This document shows positions 20,471-30,448 of a stretch of 64,000 bases of DNA, piece by piece. The position numbers and the translations under genes were made by a program. The stretch covers positions 3,840,001 to 3,904,000 of the forward strand of contig OZ255836.1 in assembly GCA_965277715.1 (NCBI GenBank), written 5' to 3'. The notes under the pieces were generated by a model. That model did no database searches. It was given only the letters and a program-made list of their open reading frames with translations, and had not been told where the DNA came from. Every line of letters starts with the position of its first letter. The stretch's first letter is position 1. This stretch comes from Gammaproteobacteria bacterium. Its GTDB lineage: Bacteria; Pseudomonadota; Gammaproteobacteria; JBCCGL01.

Positions 20471-23424
20471 TGGTTACCCTTGTTTCTCAGTGTGAGAAAA
20501 AAGCATTGCGTAAAACCCGCAGAGTGCTGGATGCCTTTGCCAATCGCATTGGGGACAATACCTGGCAGACGGTGATTACCCAAGAGGGTTTGCTGGCAGT
20601 TAAAAAATTGCTGCGCAAGACCGCCAGCAAAAATACAGCGGTGAGCTGCCACTGGATTCGTAGCCGCGCCCGCAGTGACTTGGTGTGGGTGGTGGGGGAT
20701 AAAAGCAAGTTTAGTGTAAACGGAATTGTACCTGTAAATTTCACGGCAAAAGAGGTGCCAATGGATATAGTAACTGACAAACCGCGTAAAGGTGTTGATT
20801 ATGCAAATACACACTTACAACGCTTAGATTATCATCTGTATGCGGTAGGGTTTATTGCACAGTATTTGTATTTAAGTTTTTATCCTGATAAAAAACAAAA
20901 CGCTAAAGCTGCTTTTTTTGCAGGTTGTTTACATGATATTGGCAAGCTTGATCCAAGCTTTCAGAATTGGGTTACTAAGTTAAAAAATAGGGCTTACTTT
21001 GCTGAAGATGGGCAGCATATAGACGAAGCAAAATTCAGTTTTGATAAACACCCTAGGCACAACGAAATTTCAGTGCTTGTTTATGAACTGTTAGATGATG
21101 TTTCGCTGAAAACAATAGATTCACAAAATAAGAAATCGATTAGACATGCTATTTATTGGCATCATGCTAAGCCCTTCAGGCAAAAGGGAGGGTTTGAGAC
21201 CTATGCCGATATTTATAAGAAATTGGATAAAGCTCTTAAAGGTGAAGCATGGTCTCAGGTGATTGAGAAGTCCTTAGAAGTATTAGCCCGTATTGGAAAG
21301 ATAGATTGTAGATATCGTGGTATTGAGTCCAGCCACTTAGAGAAGATTTACCCAAAGAAAATAGATGCCGATAAGTTGAATTATATTGAATCCAAATTGT
21401 TGCCAAAATACAAGATGTATGGCCTTTCTGAAGAAATAGCAGATTACAAAGAAGAATCAAAATTTAATGCTACTAACAATGAAATTCGATCTTTTTTAAT
21501 TACAGCAGATCGGTGGGTATCCAGCATGTCAGCGCAAGAGTTGGTAAGCGCTATTGATGAGAAGACATTGGCAGAGTTCGCTGATAATCAACTCGAAAGC
21601 GAAGTAATCATAGAAAGTAATTTAGAAAGCGAAATAGTCGCATGTATAAGTAAATTCTCCAACAGTGAACGAAGCGAAAAACAAACGCTAGTCGCCAATG
21701 CACTAGTTGAAAATAGCAATCATGTTAGTGTATTAGCAGGTGCTGCAGGTTGTGGAAAAACAAAAATAGCACTGGACTGGGCGAGGCTAGGTAAATCACA
21801 ACAAATACTTTGGATTTGTCCTCGCGTACAAATATGTCAAGGGTTATTTGCCGAATTGGCAAGTGATGTCTACCTTCCTACTACTAACATTGAGCTCTAT
21901 ACAGGTGAATTTAAGTGTACAAATACCTATCAAAACATAACTCCTGAATTAGATTATTTTACTGGTGATATTGTTATCACCACGATTGATCAGGTTCTCA
22001 GTATGGTTATAAGCCATACCAAAGCGGACAGGTTGCTTAATTATTTAACCGCGCATGTGGTGTTTGATGAATACCATGAATATATTAATATGCCAGCATT
22101 TAATTTGTTATTCGCAGAGCTCGTGGCTTCAAAGCAGAGTTTAGGTGGTAGTACAAAAACTCTGTTGGTTTCAGCTACACCACACTATGCCTATCTCGAA
22201 AATATACTGGATTTAGATGCTGAATATGATGTAGAAGAAATGCCATCGTTTAATCAAAGTCGATATAAATTTGAGTTCTGTGTTTTTTGTGAAAAGGATC
22301 ATAATGATAAAAATCCCTTGTATCATAAGCAAAAAATTAACAGTTTTGTTATTAGTAATACTGCTACAACTGCTCAGAAAAGTTTTATTCTTAACCAACA
22401 TAATGAAAATGCAATTTTACTTCATTCAAAGTATAAAAAAAGCGATAAAAAGAAATTATTTGAACGCGTATTTGAGTCATTTAGGCGTGATGGAAATAAG
22501 CAATATAAAATATTAAGGAGTGGTCCTATAGTGCAGGCGTCCTTGAATATTAGTTGTGATTATATGGTATCTGAAATAACCACTGCAGAAAACAATTTAC
22601 AACGTTTAGGGCGCTTAGATCGTTTTGGGGAAAACGAACACACCAACCAATATGTGATTGCTGTTCCTGACTCATTTCATAATGGTAAGAATAGCGGGGC
22701 TACTGCCAGGTTTCTTAATTCAACCAGTAGTCTTGCAGCGACTAGAGCGTGGTATAACTATTTACAGGAGGTAAGTGATTTAGGAGAAAAGATTTTTTTA
22801 CTGGCTGATATTTATCATATTTACAAAGATTTTTATAGTTTGGGTTCGCCTGCCTATAAAGAGATAGTCAGCGACTTACTCAAAGCAATGAAAGAGAGCG
22901 TTAATCTAATAACAGCTAAGGTATCAGAACCTCAAGTCATTGCGAGATCGAAAAAAAGCGCTGCACAAAGAAAAAAAATTAGTAAGAATTCATTGCGTGG
23001 TGATAATCGTTTTATACAGATGGCGATATGTGATGTATCGTTGGTTTATAGTCCTCAAGTTCTTGATCAGTATGCTTACGATATTCCTACATCAGAATCA
23101 GTTGATGTTGATAATATAACCGGTTCTTTAAGAAGGCTTATTTCGGATGGATTACTCAGTTATGCTGCGCAAAAACATGGTCGCATAGATGAAACCAGTA
23201 TAATTAAGGATATACCAGCAAATAGAATGAAAGTTAGAGAAACCTTGTTAGAGGGATATGCAAGAGATCCTGAGTACCCTATTTTTGTAAGTTATACGCC
23301 TAGTGAGTTAGATCAGAAGCTTGGAGAACACACTGCGCATGATGAAGCAATTTACTATGGAGTGTGTGAGAAGCAACCCATAGGCAGTATTTCAATGAAA
23401 CAGTTACTTAACCCTGAGGAGTAA
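20467..23424 (+). CDS. cas3: Cas2-Cas3 fusion helicase/nuclease (type I-F)
   Basis: N-terminal Cas2-like region (VSQCEKKAL..TRRVLD.FA.RIG..TWQT), HD motif LHDIGK, Walker A AGCGKT, DEYH, SAT, QRLGRLDR. Confidence 0.95.
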   Translation: MMVTLVSQCEKKALRKTRRVLDAFANRIGDNTWQTVITQEGLLAVKKLLRKTASKNTAVSCHWIRSRARSDLVWVVGDKSKFSVNGIVPVNFTAKEVPMDIVTDKPRKGVDYANTHLQRLDYHLYAVGFIAQYLYLSFYPDKKQNAKAAFFAGCLHDIGKLDPSFQNWVTKLKNRAYFAEDGQHIDEAKFSFDKHPRHNEISVLVYELLDDVSLKTIDSQNKKSIRHAIYWHHAKPFRQKGGFETYADIYKKLDKALKGEAWSQVIEKSLEVLARIGKIDCRYRGIESSHLEKIYPKKIDADKLNYIESKLLPKYKMYGLSEEIADYKEESKFNATNNEIRSFLITADRWVSSMSAQELVSAIDEKTLAEFADNQLESEVIIESNLESEIVACISKFSNSERSEKQTLVANALVENSNHVSVLAGAAGCGKTKIALDWARLGKSQQILWICPRVQICQGLFAELASDVYLPTTNIELYTGEFKCTNTYQNITPELDYFTGDIVITTIDQVLSMVISHTKADRLLNYLTAHVVFDEYHEYINMPAFNLLFAELVASKQSLGGSTKTLLVSATPHYAYLENILDLDAEYDVEEMPSFNQSRYKFEFCVFCEKDHNDKNPLYHKQKINSFVISNTATTAQKSFILNQHNENAILLHSKYKKSDKKKLFERVFESFRRDGNKQYKILRSGPIVQASLNISCDYMVSEITTAENNLQRLGRLDRFGENEHTNQYVIAVPDSFHNGKNSGATARFLNSTSSLAATRAWYNYLQEVSDLGEKIFLLADIYHIYKDFYSLGSPAYKEIVSDLLKAMKESVNLITAKVSEPQVIARSKKSAAQRKKISKNSLRGDNRFIQMAICDVSLVYSPQVLDQYAYDIPTSESVDVDNITGSLRRLISDGLLSYAAQKHGRIDETSIIKDIPANRMKVRETLLEGYARDPEYPIFVSYTPSELDQKLGEHTAHDEAIYYGVCEKQPIGSISMKQLLNPEE

Positions 23425-23427
23425 AGA

Positions 23428-24381
23428 ATGAAAAAAGTAACAGGCATTAAAAGTGTTGATTTCAGAGTTACAGCTAGAGGTCATGGCGTTGTAAACTGGA
23501 ATGGCCCCACGACTCTTAGTAACAGCGAAGGTAAAATGATGAATAATCATACGCTGCCAAAGCTGCGGGGTTATACCAATCTAACCGGTAAAATTAAAGA
23601 TGAAACGGGTTTCAAATATAAAAAAGAGGCTACCGATATAAACTTTAAGGAGAACCCTCTTTATATCAGTCAAAATTGTATACGGCATCATTTGTTTAGA
23701 GATCACGCGTTTGACCTTCATTATGCAGGTGAGAAAAATTTAACGCCTGTACTCGCATCTATTACTGGTTTGATTCGAGGGTATGTTGTCCCAGTTAGCC
23801 AGTGTAAACGCACTAGCCCATTATTGATGGAGGATTTTGTAGACCAATTGGGAAATGGTAATTTTGAACAGTTTGGTCAAGCGGGTGAGCGAGATGATTC
23901 TTCATTTTTTTCAAAAACCACTTTTGGTGATACCGAGTATCTATCTTATGGTTCGATTAGCATTGAACAGTTGCAATTTATCTCACTCGACAAAAAATTT
24001 GATCGGGCCGCAATGTTGATAAAAGACGGTGAAGGTGAAAAAGTTGCTGAAGCTGTTCAGGCATTTATTCAATCTTTGGACGAAGAACTAAACCCTCAAG
24101 CGACCTTTCATAAAAACTACGTGAGAAAAGGAACTATTTTTGAAGAAGGTGAAGTTGGAGTTCTCCTTAATCAGGATGCTATGCAGGCGCTCGTCAGTTA
24201 TACCATCAAAGCTATATCTGAGCTTTCAATACGCCAAGCAAAATCTTATATGTATGTAGACACGGTTGAAGTCGACTATAACAATAGTCCAAAAATGATG
24301 AGGATTAAACGCTCAGATGGACAGGTATCTCCAGATCCTGAATCGCCTTTCGCTATTTATTTTGAAGAAAAATCGGTGTAA
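23428..24381 (+). CDS. cas7fv: Type I-F2 (I-Fv) backbone protein Cas7fv
   Basis: [31 protein letters not shown]; follows cas3 directly with no cas8f. Confidence 0.88.
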   Translation: MKKVTGIKSVDFRVTARGHGVVNWNGPTTLSNSEGKMMNNHTLPKLRGYTNLTGKIKDETGFKYKKEATDINFKENPLYISQNCIRHHLFRDHAFDLHYAGEKNLTPVLASITGLIRGYVVPVSQCKRTSPLLMEDFVDQLGNGNFEQFGQAGERDDSSFFSKTTFGDTEYLSYGSISIEQLQFISLDKKFDRAAMLIKDGEGEKVAEAVQAFIQSLDEELNPQATFHKNYVRKGTIFEEGEVGVLLNQDAMQALVSYTIKAISELSIRQAKSYMYVDTVEVDYNNSPKMMRIKRSDGQVSPDPESPFAIYFEEKSV

Positions 24382-24386
24382 GTATA

Positions 24387-25394
24387 ATGAGGATAAAAAT
24401 TGAATATGAGTCGTCGTGGCGAAATTCTTTTTTAGATGGAAGCAATAATGAATCTTTGCCAAAAAAAGGTAGGAATTTTGTTGGTTCGATGACAGCATTG
24501 AAAAAAGAGGAAAATTATTTGTCTCGTGAAATTACTTTGTCGACAGTGATGGGCATTTTGAACCGATTGATCGGTGACCAGCGAAAACTATACCAATCAA
24601 GGAGTTCTCCCGATTATTATTTTTATGAAATAGAAAAATTAGTTGAGTTTGAGGATAAACCATATTTTATTAACAATGAGGTGATTTATATTAGAAATAT
24701 GAAAGGTAGTACCGATCAAAATGCTTTCACCGGTATGATAAAAGTAAATGATCCCATTTTTATTTCTGGCTATTCAAGTCAGTTCTGGGGCACCTTGCAA
24801 TTAGATTTTGAGGAATTATGTCAGTTTATTATTAACGATAATTTTTTGATTGAGAGATTGAAAAAAACTGACCCAATTTTGATGATTAGTCGCCTGGAGT
24901 CTCTGGACAAAGAAAAAGCAGTTGAGCTAACCGGCCATGTAAAGTTAGCCCATGAAAAGCTAAACTTGATGTTTCCAGAACAAAATTACTTAAACCCTAA
25001 GGGCTTGATAAAGCCAATAATGTTTTATTGCTCTGCGTTGTATCTTCAACTTGCTAGACTTGAAAAACGTTTCGATATGAGAAGTGCCAAAACAAAATCT
25101 GGTGGTATTGGTGGTATATCCAAACGAGGTTTTACTAAAAAAGATTTTATGAATTGTTATACCACGGGAGGTAAAAAAATTATTTGGGGTAACCCATATA
25201 TGAAAAAAGAAAGATTGAAAGGAGAAGGAGAGGTAACATCATTGCTGACTAAAGCAAGTGGGCTATTAACCATCAGAATTGATGTTGATAAAAGCTGGGC
25301 GAGAAACTTTAAAGACCTAATTGAGACTGCTGGGGTATCCAGTTTCTACCTGGGTAAAAAAGGACTTGCTTATGTTAGCGATATTAGAATTTAG
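24387..25394 (+). CDS. cas5fv: Type I-F2 (I-Fv) Cas5fv
   Basis: [48 protein letters not shown]. Confidence 0.88.
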   Translation: MRIKIEYESSWRNSFLDGSNNESLPKKGRNFVGSMTALKKEENYLSREITLSTVMGILNRLIGDQRKLYQSRSSPDYYFYEIEKLVEFEDKPYFINNEVIYIRNMKGSTDQNAFTGMIKVNDPIFISGYSSQFWGTLQLDFEELCQFIINDNFLIERLKKTDPILMISRLESLDKEKAVELTGHVKLAHEKLNLMFPEQNYLNPKGLIKPIMFYCSALYLQLARLEKRFDMRSAKTKSGGIGGISKRGFTKKDFMNCYTTGGKKIIWGNPYMKKERLKGEGEVTSLLTKASGLLTIRIDVDKSWARNFKDLIETAGVSSFYLGKKGLAYVSDIRI

Positions 25395-25406
25395 AGAGAA
25401 TCGAAT

Positions 25407-25967
25407 ATGAACTATTATTTTGATATAAAACTTAATCCAGATTCTGAAATGCCACTTAATCAATTATTAAATGTGGTGTATACCAAATTTCATAAGGCAT
25501 TGTATGATCTGTCATCACAAAGTATTGGTGTAAGCTTTCCTCGATATAATATTATTTTGGGAAATGTGGTTCGAGTACATGGTGATGCTAAAGCGCTTGA
25601 AAATTTGCGAGAAATAAATTGGTTAGGTGGTATAAGTGGTTACTGTGATGTTATCACTATCAAACAAGTACCTCACAACGTACAGTATCGCACTATTAGC
25701 CGTGTACAGCCTAATATGAGTCTATCCGATTTACGGCGTCTTACAAAACGACACTCAATCTCTGAGGGTGTTGTTAAAGAGTATAAAGCCAAGATGTTCA
25801 GCAAAGGACTAGATAATCCATTTGTTGAGTTGGATAGTGGTTCAAGTGGAAATAAATACCGGCGTTATTTCCAGTTTGGAGTGTTACTTGACGAACCTAT
25901 ACAGGGAATATTTGACCAGTTTGGCCTTAGTAAAACAGCTACAGTACCTTGGTTCCCAGCAGGTTGA
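25407..25967 (+). CDS. cas6f: Type I-F crRNA endoribonuclease Cas6f (Csy4)
   Basis: Catalytic His in KFHKAL, IGVSFP, RVHG, C-terminal FDQFGLSKTATVPWF. Confidence 0.95.
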   Translation: MNYYFDIKLNPDSEMPLNQLLNVVYTKFHKALYDLSSQSIGVSFPRYNIILGNVVRVHGDAKALENLREINWLGGISGYCDVITIKQVPHNVQYRTISRVQPNMSLSDLRRLTKRHSISEGVVKEYKAKMFSKGLDNPFVELDSGSSGNKYRRYFQFGVLLDEPIQGIFDQFGLSKTATVPWFPAG

Positions 25968-26080
25968 TGCCAGCATCCAGTTCCATAAACTAGGTGTAGT
26001 ATTCTTAATCTGATTACGGATTACCTCATTTTTCTGTCAGTGTACGTCTGCACAGTTGGCAAGGTAAGTCGATTGAATTT

Positions 26081-26243
26081 ATGTGGCAAAGGCGTTTAAC
26101 TTTTCCATATGCCTATGTAAAAAGCTTATCCACTGGGAATATGATAAGGATATATTGATCACGGTGTATTGTGTGATACACCGCAAGAAGGTGTATTCTC
26201 CAGCTATGGCCTAAGCAAGACAGCAACGATACCCTGGTTTTAA
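26081..26243 (+). pseudogene. cas6f: Frameshifted 3' fragment of a second, different cas6f
   Basis: Reads RLTFPYAYVKSLSTGNMIRIY, shifts frame in the ATATATT run, then IDHGVLCDTPQEGVFSSYGLSKTATIPWF*. Confidence 0.85.
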
Positions 26244-26374
26244 CCTTCTTTTTTTATGTTCTTTAAAAATTTAATAAGATTAATAAGTTATAGAATCACT
26301 AAATTTCATAGGTATTTTTGTTATTTGAGGTTAAGTGTTTATTGTGGCTAATTTTTTTTGCTTTATATTCGTGG
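26244..26374 (+). promoter_or_regulatory. Type I-F CRISPR leader
   Basis: AT-rich segment of about 130 bp starting CCTTCTTTTTTT right after a cas6f stop, with an IHF-like site (GATTAATAAGTTA). It ends at a repeat. Confidence 0.75.
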
Positions 26375-26402
26375 GTGCACTGCCGTACAGGTAGCACTAA
26401 TC
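26375..26402 (+). CRISPR. Single degenerate type I-F repeat; no spacer array
   Basis: GTGCACTGCCGTACAGGTAGCACTAATC versus the I-F consensus GTTCACTGCCGTATAGGCAGCTTAGAAA. The CTGCC/GGTAG stem is kept with one G-U pair; the 3' handle has diverged. Confidence 0.8.
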
Positions 26403-26489
26403 AACGGGTACAACTAAATACGTACTTAGCCGACTAAAACTTCTATAGTAATACGCTATAAAGCAATCTGAAGCACTGAAAAAATACCT

Positions 26490-27458
26490 ATGCAGACCCC
26501 ATCTACCAGCACGCCTAAAAAAATCCCAGTAGGTATCAGCGCCTGTCTACTCGGTGATCCGGTGCGTTATAACGGTGGCCACAAACGCTCAACCTTATGC
26601 CAGGAAGTGTTTACCGAGTACTTTGATTACGTTACCTTTTGCCCGGAAGTCAGTGCCGGGTTTGGGGTGCCAAGGCCCACCATGCGCCTGGTCGGTGACC
26701 CCAGCGCGCCGGTTTTAACCTATGTAAAAAACAGCGATGAAGACCTTAGTGAGCAGTTGCGCGCCGGGTTTACCGCGCAGCTCGAACGCTGTGTCGATCT
26801 CGATGGTTATATTCTGATGAAGAATTCACCGAGCTGCGGTATGGCGCGCATCAAGGTTTATCAAGCCTCTGGGGCGCCGCATCAAACCAAATCCCGTGGT
26901 TTGTTTGCCGATGCCTTGATAAAACGTTACCCACAGATGCCGATTGAGGAAGAAGGTCGGTTGAACGATACGCACCTTCGGGAGAATTTTGTTATGCGGG
27001 TGTACGCACACCATCGCTTTCGCCACGATGTGCTGGCGGTGCGCCGCTATAAGGCGTTGCTGGATTATCACAGTGGCTATAAATACCTGTTGATGGCGCA
27101 TAGCCAAACCGCCTATCGGGCGTTAGGGAAAATGCTGGCATCGTCCAGCGCCTTGCCCATTGATACCGTGTTGCACGATTATTTTGTCGATTTTATGGCG
27201 GCGATTGCGACACCCGCCAGCCGGGCCGGGCATTGTAATGTCTTGCAGCATATCCTGGGCTACCTGAAAAAATCGGTATCCGGGCAAGCGCGGCAGGATA
27301 TCGATCAGGTGATTGCCCGTTATCGGCGTGGTGAGGTTAGCCTGGCCACGCCACTGGCGTTACTTAACCACTATATTAAGCAGTCGGGTAGTGATTATAT
27401 TCGTGCGCAACGCTACTTGGCACCGCACCCGCCGTCGCTAGAGGCTTGTCGGTTTTAA
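26490..27458 (+). CDS. DUF523-DUF1722 (YbgA-like) protein
   Basis: GISACLLG..VRYNGGHK, CPEV, SPSCG, EEEGRL, NVLQHILGY. Confidence 0.9.
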   Translation: MQTPSTSTPKKIPVGISACLLGDPVRYNGGHKRSTLCQEVFTEYFDYVTFCPEVSAGFGVPRPTMRLVGDPSAPVLTYVKNSDEDLSEQLRAGFTAQLERCVDLDGYILMKNSPSCGMARIKVYQASGAPHQTKSRGLFADALIKRYPQMPIEEEGRLNDTHLRENFVMRVYAHHRFRHDVLAVRRYKALLDYHSGYKYLLMAHSQTAYRALGKMLASSSALPIDTVLHDYFVDFMAAIATPASRAGHCNVLQHILGYLKKSVSGQARQDIDQVIARYRRGEVSLATPLALLNHYIKQSGSDYIRAQRYLAPHPPSLEACRF

Positions 27459-27536
27459 GCGCGTTATTTATTTTTAAGGCAGTCGACGATATTCTCATAT
27501 TGAACGCTATCGCACACCGCTCCTGAATAACACGAT

Positions 27537-29141
27537 TTAATCGTGTCGCGCTAACATCATATCCGCCGCTTTCTCGGCAATCATAATCGTCGGTGCATTG
27601 GTATTGCCAGAGGTGATATTCGGCATAATCGAGGCATCGGCGATACGCAGCCCCTGAATGCCGTGCACGCGCAGTTGGGCATCGACTACCGCGCTGTTAT
27701 CGCCGCCCATTTTGCAGGTGCTGGTGGGGTGGTAGATGGTCTCGGCGATGTTTTTTGCGCCTTCGAGAATCTCTGCATCGCTTTGCTTATCCATCCCCGG
27801 TCGGAACTCTTCGGCAACATAGTGTTGCATGGTGGGGGAGTGGGCAATCGCCCGGGATTTTTTAATGCAGGCAATCGCCGTATTGCGGTCTAGTTCAGTG
27901 GATAGGTAGTTGGGCTGAATGCTTGGGTATTCACGCGGGTTGGCCGAGACCAGGTTGATGCTGCCACGGCTCTCGGGGCGCAATTGGCAAATCGAGGCGG
28001 TAAAAGCAGAGAACGGGTGCAAACCCTCTCCGGGGGAGTCGGCGCTGAGGGGTTGCATATGGAATTGAATATCCGGGCGCATCACCTCGGGTGTCGAGTT
28101 GCAAAAAACGTATACCTGGCTGGCCGCCATGCTCAGCGGGCCGGTGCGGGTGAGGATGTATTGCACCCCTACACGCATTTTTTGCAATACATTACTCAGT
28201 TCGTCATTGAGGGTCGGCGTGTGGGTTTTGTACACCGCACGAAATTGCAGGTGATCCTGCAGGTTTTGCCCTACCCCCGGTAACGCCTTAACCACCTCGA
28301 TACCCTGGCCACGCAACAACTCCGCGTCACCAACCCCAGATAGTTGTAGCAGGTGAGGGGAGTTGATGGCGCCCGCCGATAACACCACTTCACGGGTGCA
28401 ATCGAAGCGGTGTTTGCCACCATCCCGGATAACCTCAACACCGCAGGCACGCGTGCCGTCAAAAAGGATTCTATCGACTTGTGTGTTGGTTAATACACGC
28501 AGGTTGCTGCGTTTTTTCGCTGGGTTTAAATACCCTTTGGCGGTGCTCCAGCGGCGCCCTTTATGGGCGGTTAGTTGGTAGTAGCCGACGCCTTCCTGGG
28601 TGGCGCCGTTACAGTCGTTATTTCTGGGAATACCCACCTCTACTGCGCCTTCGATAAAGGCATCACAGATGGGCCGGGTAAAACCGATATTGGAGACTTT
28701 GAGCGGGCCGCCGACACCGTGGAATTCACTCGCGCCACGCGCCTGGTCTTCGGCTTTTTTGAAGTAGGGCAGTACATCATCAAACCCCCAGCCGGGGTTA
28801 CCTGCGTCACGCCAGTCGTCGTAGTCCTGCACTTGTCCGCGTATATAGAGCAGGCCATTGATCGAGCTGGATCCGCCGAGCACTTTGCCGCGTGGCCACT
28901 TTAATGAACGGTTGTTAATGCCGGGGTCTGGCTGGGTTTTGTAACACCAGTCCATACCGGGGTTGTGGATGGTCTTGAAGTAGCCAACGGGCATATGAAT
29001 CCACGGGCTGGTGTCTTTGCCACCGGCTTCAATCAGCAGCACGCGGTTAGTTGAGCTTGCCGACAGGCGGTTGGCCAACACGCAACCGGCAGAACCTGCA
29101 CCGACGATAATGAAATCGTATTGTTCGTTGTGGTTACTCAT
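27537..29141 (-). CDS. GMC family FAD oxidoreductase (choline dehydrogenase-like)
   Basis: GAGSAGCVLANRLS, RGKVLGGSSSING, NLQDH, YHPTSTCKMG, GNTNAP. Confidence 0.92.
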   Translation of the reverse strand: MSNHNEQYDFIIVGAGSAGCVLANRLSASSTNRVLLIEAGGKDTSPWIHMPVGYFKTIHNPGMDWCYKTQPDPGINNRSLKWPRGKVLGGSSSINGLLYIRGQVQDYDDWRDAGNPGWGFDDVLPYFKKAEDQARGASEFHGVGGPLKVSNIGFTRPICDAFIEGAVEVGIPRNNDCNGATQEGVGYYQLTAHKGRRWSTAKGYLNPAKKRSNLRVLTNTQVDRILFDGTRACGVEVIRDGGKHRFDCTREVVLSAGAINSPHLLQLSGVGDAELLRGQGIEVVKALPGVGQNLQDHLQFRAVYKTHTPTLNDELSNVLQKMRVGVQYILTRTGPLSMAASQVYVFCNSTPEVMRPDIQFHMQPLSADSPGEGLHPFSAFTASICQLRPESRGSINLVSANPREYPSIQPNYLSTELDRNTAIACIKKSRAIAHSPTMQHYVAEEFRPGMDKQSDAEILEGAKNIAETIYHPTSTCKMGGDNSAVVDAQLRVHGIQGLRIADASIMPNITSGNTNAPTIMIAEKAADMMLARHD

Positions 29142-29208
29142 TCATATGTTCCTGATCGACCTGGTTCAATATGGGGACGACAACCGGGTATCGATCACCG
29201 CAAGCTGG

Positions 29209-29383
29209 GAGCCTGTCTGATTCAGGACTGCTCTACTGCGGAAAAGCCGACCTGGCCCTTTTTTGCGCCCCCATTTTTTGCGTACTATTTCGTCAAATAG
29301 AACCACTATGTTTCTCAACAGTGCACAAAAAATGACTCAAATCGGTCTTTCCCTCGTTACGAGCGCCTAAACCCGACAGGCTC
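29209..29383. mobile_element. 175-bp MITE with terminal inverted repeats and a 4-bp CTGG target duplication
   Basis: CTGG|GAGCCTGTC...GACAGGCTC|CTGG, with an internal inverted repeat CATTTTTTGCGTACT...AGTGCACAAAAAATG. Confidence 0.75.
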
Positions 29384-29548
29384 CTGGAGCGGATTATGCC
29401 CGAGTGTTCAGGAATGTCTAATAGTGAGAGTACTATTCTTATTAATGGGATTACTGCAGGGCGCAATAGCACTGTATCTGGTGAGTTTCTATACGCCGGT
29501 TTGTGCGCTAAGCTGCGGTTATTTCGCGTCGTGATTTGAGGTAATAGC

Positions 29549-30448
29549 GTGGCAGTTCAAATAACCCCCAACCCGGTACTCGACCAAATACTCGACCAGG
29601 CCAGGCAGTTGCCGTGCTGGCATGGCCCGGTTAATCCACAGCCCCTTTCCGGTGGTTTGAGTAACCACAACTACACGGTTGAAGACGGTGGCCGAAAATA
29701 TGTTGTGCGTATTGGTGGCGATGCCCCTATGCACAATGTTATGCGCTTTAACGAGCACGCCTGCGGGCGGGCGGCTGAGGCTATTGGCATTACCCCCGGG
29801 CAGGTGTACACGGGGGCAGATGTGTTGGTGATGGATTTTATCGATGGCAAGACATTCGATGCGGGTGATGTGCAGGCAAATCTGGTGCGCATTGTGTCGA
29901 CGGTAAAAACCTTGCACACGGCAGGTATGCGGGCGCTGCGCGGGCCGGTGCTGGGGTTTTCGGTGTTTCATGTGCTGCGCCACTACGCAAAACTGCTCGA
30001 CGGGTCGGCCTGCCGCAGCGCGGCCCAATTGCCCCGCCTACTGAAAATTGCCGATGCGCTGGAGGCGGTTGTCGGTCCCAGTGAGGTGGCGCTCTGCCAT
30101 AACGACTTGCTGGCTGCAAATTTTATCGACGACGGCGAAAAAATCTGGCTGATCGATTGGGAGCACGCCGGTCTGGGTATGCCATTGTTTGATCTTGCCA
30201 GCATCGCCTCAAATAACGCGCTGGATGAAACCCTCGAACGCAGCCTGCTCGAATGCTATTACGGCACACCGCCGGATGCGTTGTTGTGGCGTCGTTTCAA
30301 AGCGCTGCGGGTGGCCTCTCACCAGCGCGAGACGATGTGGAGCATGGTGTCAGAAATTCACTCCGGGTTAGACGAGGACTACGCCGCCTACACCGACAAA
30401 AATCTGGAGGATTTCAACGAAGCTTACGCAGGCTTTAAAATACTATGA
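29549..30448 (+). CDS. Choline/ethanolamine kinase-like phosphotransferase (APH family)
   Basis: GGLSNHN, CHNDLLAANF, IDWEHAG. Confidence 0.88.
   Translation: MAVQITPNPVLDQILDQARQLPCWHGPVNPQPLSGGLSNHNYTVEDGGRKYVVRIGGDAPMHNVMRFNEHACGRAAEAIGITPGQVYTGADVLVMDFIDGKTFDAGDVQANLVRIVSTVKTLHTAGMRALRGPVLGFSVFHVLRHYAKLLDGSACRSAAQLPRLLKIADALEAVVGPSEVALCHNDLLAANFIDDGEKIWLIDWEHAGLGMPLFDLASIASNNALDETLERSLLECYYGTPPDALLWRRFKALRVASHQRETMWSMVSEIHSGLDEDYAAYTDKNLEDFNEAYAGFKIL

Noticed and set aside
26040-26067. GTGTACGTCTGCACAGTTGGCAAGGTAA as a second degenerate CRISPR repeat (mini-array or CreA-like RNA)
   Set aside because: Only about 17 of 28 positions match an I-F repeat, the stem cannot form, and it is 335 bp from the real repeat.
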